Of a stretch of DNA of 64,000 bases, positions 12,230-23,172 are shown in pieces; the stretch's first letter is position 1, and every line of letters begins with the position of its first letter. The notes under the pieces were generated by a model. The model searched no databases and was not told the origin of the DNA. It was given only the letters and a program-made list of their open reading frames with translations. The position numbers were made by a program, and so were the translations under genes. Source of the DNA: Carcharhinus longimanus (Eukaryota); assembly GCA_030264375.1 (NCBI GenBank), contig JASCQW010000032.1, forward strand, positions 40,831,265 to 40,895,264, in the 5' to 3' direction.

Positions 12230-13365
12230 ATATCAGTACAGCCTTGGTTCAAGTATGGAGAAAAGAGTTGAACTCCAGATGTGAGGTGAGAGTAACTGCC
12301 CTTGACATCAAGGCCACATTTGACCAAGTATGGCATCAATGTGCCCTAATGAAACTGGAGTTATGCCTAGCATAAAGGGTTGTTGTTGTTGGAGGTCAAT
12401 CATCTCAGCTGCAGGATATAACTGCACAAATTCCTCAGGGTAGCGTCCTAGGCTCAACCATCTACAGCTGTTTCATCAATTACTTTCCTTCCATCATAAA
12501 GTCAGAAATAAGGATGTCCGCTGATGATTACATAATGTTCAGTATGCGCGACTCCTCAGATACTGAAGCAATCCATGTCTAAATACAGCAAGACCTAGAC
12601 AATATCCAGGCTTGTGCTGACAAGTAGCAAGTAATATTCACACCACACAAGTGCCAAGCAATAATGATTTCCAACAAGAGAGAATCTGACCACCTCCTCT
12701 TCAAACTAAATGAGATTACCATTCTTGAATCCCCCATTATTAGCATCCTAAGGGTTGCCATTGACCAAATATTGAACTGGGTTAGTGATATAAATGCTGT
12801 ACTACAAGAGCATGTCAGTAGCTATGAATCCTGTGGTGAATAAATCACCTCCTGACTCCCAAAGCCTGACCACCATCTACAAGGCACAAGCCAGGAGTGA
12901 TGGAATACTTTCCCCTTGCCTGGGTGAGTTCAGCTCCAATTAACACTCAGGAAGCTTGACACCATCCAAGACAAAGCAGCCCGCTTGGCACCCCATCCAT
13001 GAACATTCAATCCCTCCATCACCAATGAACAATAGCAGTAGTGTGTACCATCTACAGAGGCACTGCAAGAACTTTCCAAGGCTCCTTAGGCAGCATCTTC
13101 TAAACCAACAACCATTGCCATCTAGAAGAACAAGGTCACCATTATCTGGAAGCTCCCCTCCAAGCCACTCACCATACTGACTTAGAAATATATTGTTGTT
13201 CTGTCAAGATCCTGGAATTCCCTCTCTAACAGCACTGTGGGTGTACCTACATCATGGATGCAGTAGTTGAAGAAGGCAGCTCAGCACCACCATCTGAAGA
13301 ACAATAAGGGACAGGCAATAAATGCTGGGTTAACCAGCAAAGCCCACATCCCTTGAATTAATTTT
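12230..13365 (+). mobile_element. 5'-truncated LINE (CR1/L2-related group): RT and 3' UTR
   Basis: Translations LDIKATFDQVWH, PQGSVLG and MSADD; 3' end GGCAATAAATGCTGG...GCCCACATCCC; second copy at 49845-50640. Confidence 0.75.
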
Positions 13366-13873
13366 AAAAATCATGTCTTCAGCAGTGTAACACCTAGCCA
13401 TGGATAACTGCACATTGTTCTGTTTATGAACTAAACCAGTTATTGTTTGAACAGATTAACAGCTCAGTAATCATTCTGAAGCTAGACTAACCAACATACA
13501 ACAGTAACAATGGCAAATCTGTCACTGTTCACCACCATTATCCCTGTGGAACTGACAGCAAATTCTCTAGTGTGCAAACGTACACTTAAACACTGAATGT
13601 AAAAGTTGCTGCCAGTGATTCTGCTCTTCCCCATTTGGTGTGCTTCTGATGTTCTTCCAGACAACTGTCAAGTAAAAATTATTAAACTAACGAGAGCCTG
13701 CCCTTTTATACCATTAGTCTCACTGAAAAATGACAGCCTAGTTAAGTTAACTTCCAGACATGAACTAATCAAGTCACCTTTGGAATGGTTGAACATGGTT
13801 ATTTTGAAATTATTCTAGCAGTTGGAGAGGGAAGGGAACATGACAAATCAACCATTTGTCATTTTAAATGCAG

Positions 13874-13955
13874 GTTTTCTCAGCAGAATGGAGGACATAC
13901 AGCTTGAAGAGAAGACCAAAGTAGGGTCCCTCCTGCCTCGTTTTATCTCCATCTG
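13874..13955 (+). CDS. Putative 82-nt exon (unknown gene)
   Basis: Acceptor TTTGTCATTTTAAATGCAG, donor CTG|GTAAGC; phase-1 frame open (GFLSRMEDIQLEEKTKVGSLLPRFISI) and compatible with the 11770 exon. Confidence 0.3.
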
Positions 13956-14297
13956 GTAAGCTTCAAGTCCTGCTTGCTGACTGTGATTATCCAGGACACC
14001 CTGTTGCAGACAGAGATTTCTTATGAGAATCTAACAGCACTACCATCTCCAAAAGAGCAACAAAATCATTCATCTACACCGGAAGCAATGAGGCTATTGA
14101 ATTCAACCTGAAGCCAGGCCAGTCAGACTGTATAGTCCTTCACTTTGTTTATGGGCATTAATTTGGATAGCCTATCCTTCCCTACTCTGTAAGTGTGTAT
14201 GTGTGTGTGCATGCATGTGGGCTTGTGTACAGTATTATGATTGGATTGCTTTATAATAAATTTCACTGCTTATACAATAAAAGTAAAATACCATGGA

Positions 14298-14410
14298 AGC
14301 AAGAAATCTGAAATAAAATTAGAAAATGCTGAAAGAAGTCAGCAGGTCTGGCAGCATATGTGGAGAGAGAAACATAATTAATGTTTTGAGTCTGCATGAC
14401 TTCTTCAGAG
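14298..14410 (-). mobile_element. Short PLE-derived repeat with a decayed hammerhead core
   Basis: Minus strand CTGAAGA-A-GTC(ATGCA)GAC-TC-AAAACATT followed by ...ATGCTGCCAGACCTGCTGA...TTTCAGCATTTTCT; related to 29600-29730. Confidence 0.55.
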
Positions 14411-15449
14411 CACCATTTCTTGGGAACCATTGTATTTAGCCATTCAAAGATATACATGCAACTACTGAATACTTGTTTTGAGTGCTACTCTCTATGTTCC
14501 CAGTGTTGGTGAAATAAAGCAGCTTAATAATTAATCTCTGGTCTTTCCTCACCAATTGTTTCCCAGATTGCCTTCAACAAGATTGGAGAAGCACAAATGT
14601 ATGAAAGACTGACATCCAATTCATATCATAAGGAACCTGGCTGTTACTTGTTGCCAAATCCTTCATGTAATTAAGTATTGGACAATATGGGTATAATATC
14701 CTAAACAGAGGATAATTAAATGCTTGTAGGATGGACCTACACTGCTGTACATTTCAGAATATCAAGGCATAGCTGAATATTTTCCAGGAAGAAATTTACC
14801 CTTTTCATTTTGTAAGTTGTATTTTGAGCACCTACAAGTTAGGAAAGGTATTAGTATGTTTGGTAATAAATTAAACTTTAATAACACTAACTGAATATCT
14901 CAGCATATTGTCAAACTGTTATGGTTTATTATTTAGTATAATGATATTTCTGTAGGTCATAAGGAAATGGGTGGTAAATTCATACTTCATTAATAAAATT
15001 GTATTTACATTTGTAATTGTGATATAAAATTAATTGTGGTTTCACATGCTTTTGTAAGAATAGTGGTACAATCTACACTATTATGTTCTCCTATCATTCT
15101 TCAGGAAATAGTCCACATCTTGAATTCTCAGATGACTGATTTAAGCACTCTTAAATGCAGAATTGAAAAGTTGCACATTTGGAATTTTTAACAATGTCTT
15201 TTGACAATTCTAGTTTTTCTTAACTTAAAGACAACAAGGTGGTATTTTTCATGCATCCACTACTGATATATGATATCTTGCTAGAAACAAAGTTGTTAAT
15301 CATAGGTAAATATTCCATCCAAGATCATTTATGTGACAAGTAATCAAATTTTATCACAAATAGGGTGAGACTTGGGAAGCTGAGATTGTTTCTGTTAATG
15401 CCAAGAAATGTAAGTAATTTAATACAGATCCTCAGATTTTTGATAGAGT

Positions 15450-16022
15450 GAGGAAAGACTTGCATTTAGATCAGCATTTTTTATGAAATAACAAACCACT
15501 TTAGAGCCAATGAAGTTCTTTTGAACTATAGTCGCCATTGTAATGTAGTAAACACAACAAATCATTTGCATACAGTTCGGTCCTACAAAGAGTAATGAAA
15601 TGAATGGATGGCATGTAAGTATTAGCCAGGACAAATGTTCTTCTAATTTTTTGGAGTGCAAAGGCAATTTATTTAAGTTTTTTTTTGTACAGTTACACAG
15701 TACAATAAAGTGGCCAACTTTATGCACAGCCAGCATGGGGATTTTGAGGTTGCTGCATGGCCATGCAGTTTACAGGGAACATTACCCAGAACACCCAGGA
15801 GAATGCCCCGGCTCTTCTTTGAAATTGTGCCATGCATCTACCCAAATGGGCAGGTGGAACCCCAGTTCAACAACTGGCATGAAAGCTAACAGCACTGCAC
15901 TTCATCAGTGCTGTCATTGGAGTGTCAGACTAGATTTGGTTTTCAACTCCCTGGGCTATGACATGAATCCACAGCCTTCCAACTTAGAACCAAGTGTATT
16001 GCTAACTGAGCCACAGCTGACA
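15450..16022 (-). mobile_element. SacSINE1/DeuSINE-like tRNA SINE, old, with an internal insertion
   Basis: tRNA-like head (reverse complement of ACTGAGCCACAGCTGACAC), CAGTGCTGTCATTGGAGTGTCAG body, tail GAAAGACTTGCATTTA...CACTTTAGAGCCAATGAAGT. Confidence 0.6.
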
Positions 16023-16312
16023 CAGGCACAAGGTGAACTGATTTCCACCCACTGGCTGATCAGTAAGCAGAAGACTCAGATTTAAGGCAATTGGTAAAAT
16101 AAATTGAGGGGAAATAAGGAGACATTTCTAATGTAGCAAGTTGTTATAATGTAGAATGCACTGCCGAAAGGGCAGTGAGATCCAATAGTAACTCCTAAAA
16201 GGAATTATATATATATTTCAATAAGAAAAACATTGCAGAGCAATGGAAAAAGAACAGGTGAATGAAACTAATTGAACAATTCCTTCACAAAAACCAGCAG
16301 AGGCATGGTAGG

Positions 16313-16595
16313 TTAAAGTTTATTTTAGTGTCACAAGTAGGCTTACATTAACACTGCAATGAAGTTACTGTGAAAATCCCCTGGGGTGGGGGGGGAGCAC
16401 ACTCTAGCACCTGTTCTGGTACATTGAGGGAGTACTTAGCACCTAACCAGGACATCTTTTGGACTTTTAGAGGAAACTGGAGCCACCCGAGGAAACCAAT
16501 GCAGACTGAGGGAGAATGTGCAGACTCCGCACTGACAGTGACCCAAGCTGGGATTCGAACCAGAGTCCTTGGTGCTGTGAGGCAGCAGTGCTAAT
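16313..16595 (-). mobile_element. V-domain SINE with an alternative tail
   Basis: AAAGTTTATTTTAGTGTCACAAGTAGGCTTACATTAACACTGCAATGAAGTTACTGTGAAAATCCC tail joined to an HE1-like body; same type at 37110-37365. Confidence 0.7.
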
Positions 16596-17357
16596 CAGGC
16601 TGAATTGCCTCTTCTTTGTTGACTGCTTCTATGAAAATAGTCAAGGAAGAGCTGACTTACAAAGTCAAGCTATTGAATTAAAAACAGAATGTTATTATGG
16701 GCTATCTTATATTTATTTTCACATTTAGCAAAATGATTACCATGTCTGCCACACAGCTATCTCCAATAGACTAGAGCTCTATGGGAGCATTGCTATTGGA
16801 CTGCAGCTCACAGGGAATTATTAAGGAATCTAGAATCTTTATTGGGAGCTTTTGATCACTGATCATGAATGGAGAGGAAAAGTGGGTTATAAATCATGGG
16901 ATTAAGAAAATCAGATAGCATGTGACCTTATCTTGATGTTAAGCATTAACCAGTTTTGTGAATATTTAAGAAGTATTTTTATCCCAATTAACAGATGTAA
17001 CACTGAAACTGGTGAAACAGATGTCGGGTAAATAATAATCTGCATTAAGCAGTGACTGCTCTTTAATAGACCAATTTATATGTTTCATGCAAAATAGCTT
17101 TCTTTAAATATTCTATATTTCTGTAACAGATTTCTTCTTATGTGGTCTAATGATGTTGTAAATGTGTGTGAATAATCAAAGTGGATGACAGAAAGAAATC
17201 AGGTTTGAGTTAAGTTTACTTAGAAAGGCACATGTCTAATAACTGGAATTAACATCTTTTAGAGGAAACAGTACCAACATTATTGTCTAATATTTGGCTT
17301 TTATACCTAATATTCTCGAATACTTGGAGAGGGCATTGTGAAGGGCAAAGAGTACTG

Positions 17358-17376
17358 CAGAGCCACCTAGTGTACA
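17358..17376 (-). promoter_or_regulatory. Candidate CTCF binding site
   Basis: Minus strand TGTACACTAGGTGGCTCTG is close to the CTCF core CCAC(C/T)AG(G/A)(G/T)GGC and lies in unique sequence. Confidence 0.4.
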
Positions 17377-20300
17377 GAATTTATAAGTTGTTATTTACAT
17401 TTGTTTTTATTTTCCGCCGAATACTTAGGGATGAAAATGATATGAAATAATCTATTCCCAAAAATTGGCCATAACAATGAATCTATTCCTCATTTAATCC
17501 GTGCATTACATCAACGCCTTTACCATTCCATAAAAGAATACTTTAAACCCCCATTACGTGAAATTCTGGGGCATTCATTCTCAATGCCGTTGACTGTAAC
17601 TTTTGGTGCCAAATAATTCGGGAATATAAGTATAATATTTGTAGGGTTTATTTTTTAAACGCAAAATAGGTTAAAGACAAGTCAGTGAATAGCCATGGGC
17701 GTATAATGAACTACATCAGATGCTAATGGGACATGGGGAAAATACTGTAGACAGGGAAGAGAAAAATTCAATAAATAAACAGCATTGCCTTAAATTCCCA
17801 CCATCATTCTGTAAACATGTGGAACAACTATGCCCAGCACGCACTGTTAAAGGATCAGTGAGACTTATTTATGAAAACTCGCTCAGATTAATTTGAGTAA
17901 AATTTCAACTGAGTTTTACACCATTGGAAGTGTAACGGTTACACTCCTGACACTGTACAGTGCTGCAATGTGTGTATCCAATTTGTTGTTTATCCTTCAC
18001 ATATTTCGCAAAGTTCTTTAGAATGGTCCATACCCAGTGGCAATATCAACTTCAGGTATGGTTTACATTGCTACAGTCTGTATAGATTATTTATTACAGT
18101 CGGCCTTGAATATAATGCCGCCGCTTTCCCCAGTACGATTCCGTTTTTAAGAAAATGCCACTAAAGTAAATCTCTAACAAAAAATGACCAATCACTGAAG
18201 TGATATCGTGACAGATTTTTAAAAAATGTTTCCTACAGTACAACAGTGAGTACGCTTCAAAGAAAAGTGGCTGCAAAGCGCTGAGGTGAAACATGCAATA
18301 TAAATGCAAATTTATGTGGTCAGCTGAAATTATAGTCACCAGGATTCCTCTAATGATTATGTATTTTTTTCTTTTGTTTAAAATGCTCACTGTTCCTAAA
18401 TTACCTCAAATATGGGGTGGGGCTTATTGATTGGTTGATGAATCTGTGAGACTAGATTAAATTGACATACTCATTATTCAGATTTCCATTCACTTCGTTT
18501 TTCTTTCAGATTTTCTTCCATGTCGGTATCTGTTTTATTTGTTGGACTAGGATTTCACCAGTATCAGACTATCTGCAATTCCTCACTCAGTAATCACTAT
18601 TTTCATAAGAAAATCTTGATAACCAATGAATCTTTCACCATCGCAATCCGATCACAGGGTGTTTTTTTCACAGGTGACCTTGGGTCTGCCCTGTTTTCAC
18701 ACAGTCCACATGTGCACACTTTTATTTGGGTACGCCAGGGACAGGGATCATTGACAAACCCTGGCTGATGTACCCTTTCCTAATCCAGAAATAGAGGACA
18801 ATTATCGCGTTGTGACCAGCACTCAGCTGAGATCAGTAGCACAGACAACGGACTGCACCTGATACCATCCTGTTGTACAAAGCACCACTGCTCACTCGAT
18901 AAGCCCCGGAAACGATTGGGATAAACTTCCAATTGTGGCGGAGAGTTTCGGCTAGCTCGTACTGAATAACTTGCGCAACCGCTGTCAAATCAGCATAAAA
19001 TAATAAGCGAGCGCAAAATCTTTTGGAAAAACAACACACTGGAAGTTTACCTTCATCCACAATCCAGATCAGGATCATGTCCCCAGATTGAGTTCATCAC
19101 TATTGTGACCTTCCGCTTGTGGGCTTTCCACGGGGCTCTTAAAAATAAACTCTTTGGACGCAAATAGGCATCTTTTAAAAGTTTTTGAATGTTAACTGAT
19201 GTGAACCATTTAAGATGGAATCCTGCAGTTACATTGTCTGAAATCTTTGATCAGATTACTGGTTTTTAATCGCCCCTAGTCAGTATATCAAATGATAACC
19301 GAAGGTGTTTATAATAGTCAGCAAGCTTACATTCAGATTGTAAATGCTGTCACTGTCTGCATTAACATTACAGTATTTTGTTTTTGCTTCTTCTGTTTAC
19401 CTAGTCCATTGCTTTATTAATATGACAGAATCTTGTCTAATCCTTTGGTCACATATTATAATGATCAATAATTGAAGTAAGTGGGAAAACATTGTTTTCT
19501 CTTATTACACACATGGTTTTTGAACTGGAGTTATTTTCTCTATGTATAAAGTAATAAAATCATGGATTTAAATTTATATTTTCATTATCTCACAAATAAT
19601 ACAGGCACAGAAAGCTGCCACTATGTTGTAGGTTGTTGGTTACAGTTTGGTTGGTCAGTAGGAGTTTTTGTAATCATTCACAGATAAACTAAATTTTTAT
19701 TAACTCTTAGAACTATTTGCAAATATACTGTAAAGGGTACAGGCGAAGAGCTGTCTCCATGCTTGCTGGTACACACGGCTCTGTTCAACACTCCACTGCA
19801 TCTGGTTTTGGATCATATGCTTGCTCACATCGCTATATGGGCAGTACTGTACTCAGTCCCACATTAACCCTATATGTTCCAGACCCTTATACTACACCTA
19901 ACCACATTCTTACCCGATGTAGTTTAAACGATTATAGTTTACCTTCTGTTCCACATTGTTTTTAGCATCATACATTTACATTGTCATTATTGTTATCCCA
20001 TCTCCCCCCCACTTTGAGATTTTGAATTCAAAGTTTCAGGTGGTCTGGAGGCCTTATAACCCTTCCATATCTCATCCGCACCAATTTGGGAGGATTGATA
20101 GGCTCTGATGTTGTTGGTTCTTCCTGTAGATTTGGAGGTAGTTCTGGAATCTGAGTGTATTTTCATCCTTTTCTTCCATTCTTTCATGTTGAACAGCACT
20201 TGCTCATTTTGGCTGTTGTGTTGGTTGGTGGTTGCTACAAAACTCGTGTTTTGGGGGGTGAGCGAATGTTGTACTCATCTCTTTGTCATTTCTTTCACTT

Positions 20301-21087
20301 CTTCCATCATGGGTTGTGGTGATGTCCTCTGTAGTGGAGGGTGAGCATTCCTGTGGCTAGAATGAGGTTCAGTGTAATATTCACCATGGCATTTCACTGT
20401 CGCCAATGGACAGCTGCTACCAGCTTCCAGCATCTTTTGTGGCTTTGGCAATGTTGGCTGGGAGTTTAAGCGTATTTTCAGCGGTTGCTGTGCCATCATC
20501 AGAGCTGGAGGTAGAGGTTCATCGGACTGCTAGTTGCTCTCCCTTACATCTTCCACTTAAGGCACTATGGCTCCCTCTGGGTGGCTGCTCTGATCATTGT
20601 AGGTTTTCCAGCATCTGTAAAGAGAATGGTCAAATCTTCTCCACAAAGAGAGAAGACAATTCGGAACTGAAGTCCCTGTCACAAAACTCTTTTTTTGTTT
20701 GAGGACTTGAGAGCTTGCAATTTTGTATAATTAATGAGAATGTCTCTGCCATCTTCTGCCAGTTTGAGGAGATTCAGGGATACACAGGGATCTCTGCTCA
20801 AGAGGGAGAAAGATTGGTTACAGATGACGTAGATCAGCTTGAAGATCTATTTGCTGCTATATTGTCTAGAATCAGATTCCTCCAGGTCCTTACAGTGGTG
20901 TGTCTGTAGTTTGAAGCCAGAGATCTTTCATGGCTCTTTGTCTGACAGAACTGTTATGCTAGCTCCTGTATCTAAAATTTGTCAAATGGCCATTGACTGA
21001 AATATTCCGGGTCCACAATGAGAAACCAAGATCTTTTGAGTTCACTGGGTTTGCACTCACGACCTCATGGATAATTGTTGGACTTAT

Positions 21088-21215
21088 TGGTTGGAATTTT
21101 ACTGTCCCGCATGACGCAAGAAACAGAGTGGATGTAAGGCGGACAATGGGAAGGTCCATTGCCCTTGTATGGGATTTTATGGTGTTGGGATGAACGAGGC
21201 CTTAAAATCCCACCC
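21088..21215. mobile_element. Harbinger-type MITE inserted in Gypsy A
   Basis: Termini GGTTGGAATTTTA...TAAAATCCCACCC; a second copy lies at 21611-21737. Confidence 0.65.
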
Positions 21216-21610
21216 CCTGTGTGTTTCAGAGTTTTTGCCCAGTATGGTTTGCAGTAGTGTCCAATCCTGTTACACTGAAAGCATTTGGCTGAAGTTGCAG
21301 GATGTTGATCTTGCCTGTGGGGGCACTTTGCTCCACGGTATTGGCACAGTCACTCTGCTGCCTGGCTTGTTACCCTGGTCTGGGATGTCTCTATATCTCT
21401 GTTGCTTCACTAGCTGAACTGTGGGTTGGCCTCTGCATCACAGTTTATTCACTCCCCTTAAAATTGTTCTGTGCTGCTCACGAGTTCTGACCGCCTAACC
21501 AGTCAGATTGCTTTTTCCAGGCTTGGATCTTCCTTTGCTTGCATAAGGTCAGAGAGTATATTGTTCATTACTCCTACCACTATTCTGTCTCTGATGAACT
21601 CAGATTTTAT

Positions 21611-21737
21611 GGCTGGAACTTTACTGTGCCACCCGCCATGGGAATTGAAGCAGATGAGGGGCAGAACATGGAAAGATCCGTTGATCTTGGATGGGAGTTT
21701 ATGGTTTTGGGACAAGCAAGGCCATAAAACCCCACCC
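21611..21737. mobile_element. Harbinger-type MITE inserted in Gypsy A gag
   Basis: Termini GGCTGGAACTTTA...TAAAACCCCACCC followed by TAA; homologous to 21088-21215. Confidence 0.65.
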
Positions 21738-23172
21738 TAAGTCTCTGTATTCACAACATTCTGCCATCCTAAACTGATCATTGGCAAATAAATCAGTAAA
21801 TTCTCCTGGCTGCATAACTCACTTGATAAATTTAGCCCTTTTGAATATGTCATTGCTTCTTAGATTGAAATAAATGTTGAAAGCTTTAAGTTTACCAGAT
21901 GATTCATTGATTTCCTGTCTTGCAATAAAATCATCCTCAATTTTCCTACTGAATAAAGCAGTGTGTTATCCTTTTCTGCTTTGTTTTTTGTCTAAACCTG
22001 ACGTGATGCTGTTTTTTGGAATATTTTCCCCCAAAGTTCCTGATTATATGATTGATTTTGAGCTTGGATTGGTCCAAACTGATTTGGAAGTATGGAATTG
22101 TTAGAATTGTAGGTGCTGATTTCTAAATTTCAAGATGGCATCATCATTCACTTGGAGGCAAAGGGATTTCCCACACTTGTTGGTTTTGACAGGCTCCACT
22201 GAAATGGTGATTGTGTTTGAAAAAAAATATTCAACAATGTCTGTCTGGATTGACTGCACCATTCTTTTGCTTTACTTTAAAATCACAAATTTGTTGGTTC
22301 CTTGTTTTTTTGCTCTCAGCTGTGTTTAGAAGTTACAATTCTCCCAGAATAATTAATCAATTATTTTTTCCATTTTGGACCTAGCTCGGATGCCATGTTC
22401 CAGGTGCCAACTCAAGGGTTTTGGCAATAGATTTTTTTGAACTGTACTTTTGGCTCTGAATTATTAAAAGATTTTGCAGGATTAGCTGTAGCCTGGTATT
22501 TTAAAAGATTTAACTCACCCTTGCCTGGTCTGCTGATTCCATTCTGGGATCAGAAGCTGGAGTTCCAAAAGAGATGCAATGGAATCTTCTGCTGCAGGAA
22601 AAAATTTTAAATTTCAGTGCCTAGTCTCTAAGCCTTTTTTTAGAGATTTTTAGAATTTTTTGTGGCACCTTTGTTTCTCTGGTTTCTTCTCATGTCAAAT
22701 TGTTTTCCTGAATTATTTTTCAGTCTTTCAGCATTTTAGTTTCTTCTGCATTTTTTTGGGTTTTTTTCAAAAACAGCAGTTGTAGAGTATTGGTTACAGT
22801 TTGATAGGACTGAAGAGGTTTTTTAGCTATATGTAAGTCAATTGTGTTTCTTGGCTTTTTAAGCTATTTACAAATATGAAGTAATGGGTACAAACTCTGA
22901 CTTGATTCCATGCTTGCTGATACACATGGCTCTGTCTAACAATAGACAGACTCTGGTTGACGGTCATGTGCTCTCTTGTATCACTGTGTGAGTGGGACTG
23001 TACTCAGAATAATGTTAACTGTATATGTGCCAGACCCTTGTACTACATTGACTATGTTAGTCCACGGGTGCTGAGCCATTGTCAAGGGAGGTGGAGGGGG
23101 AGGGGCTTAAGTCCCACCCTCATCCACTTCTTGTTCCAGAGAAACCTTCTCCTTGCCTTGCCAACAGGGCAA

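Larger units (their letters stand above)
19624..23057 (-). mobile_element. Internally deleted Ty3/Gypsy element (family A) with two LTRs
   Basis: Related LTRs at 19624-20000 and 22781-23057; polypurine tract at 20001-20015; gag remnant EFIRDRIVVGV...LSDLMQ.KEDPSLEKAI (21503-21715). Confidence 0.75.

Noticed and set aside
18239-18245. Possible 7-nt microexon (CTACAG|TACAACA|GTGAGT)
   Set aside because: Not frame-preserving, weak pyrimidine tract and no host gene to assign it to
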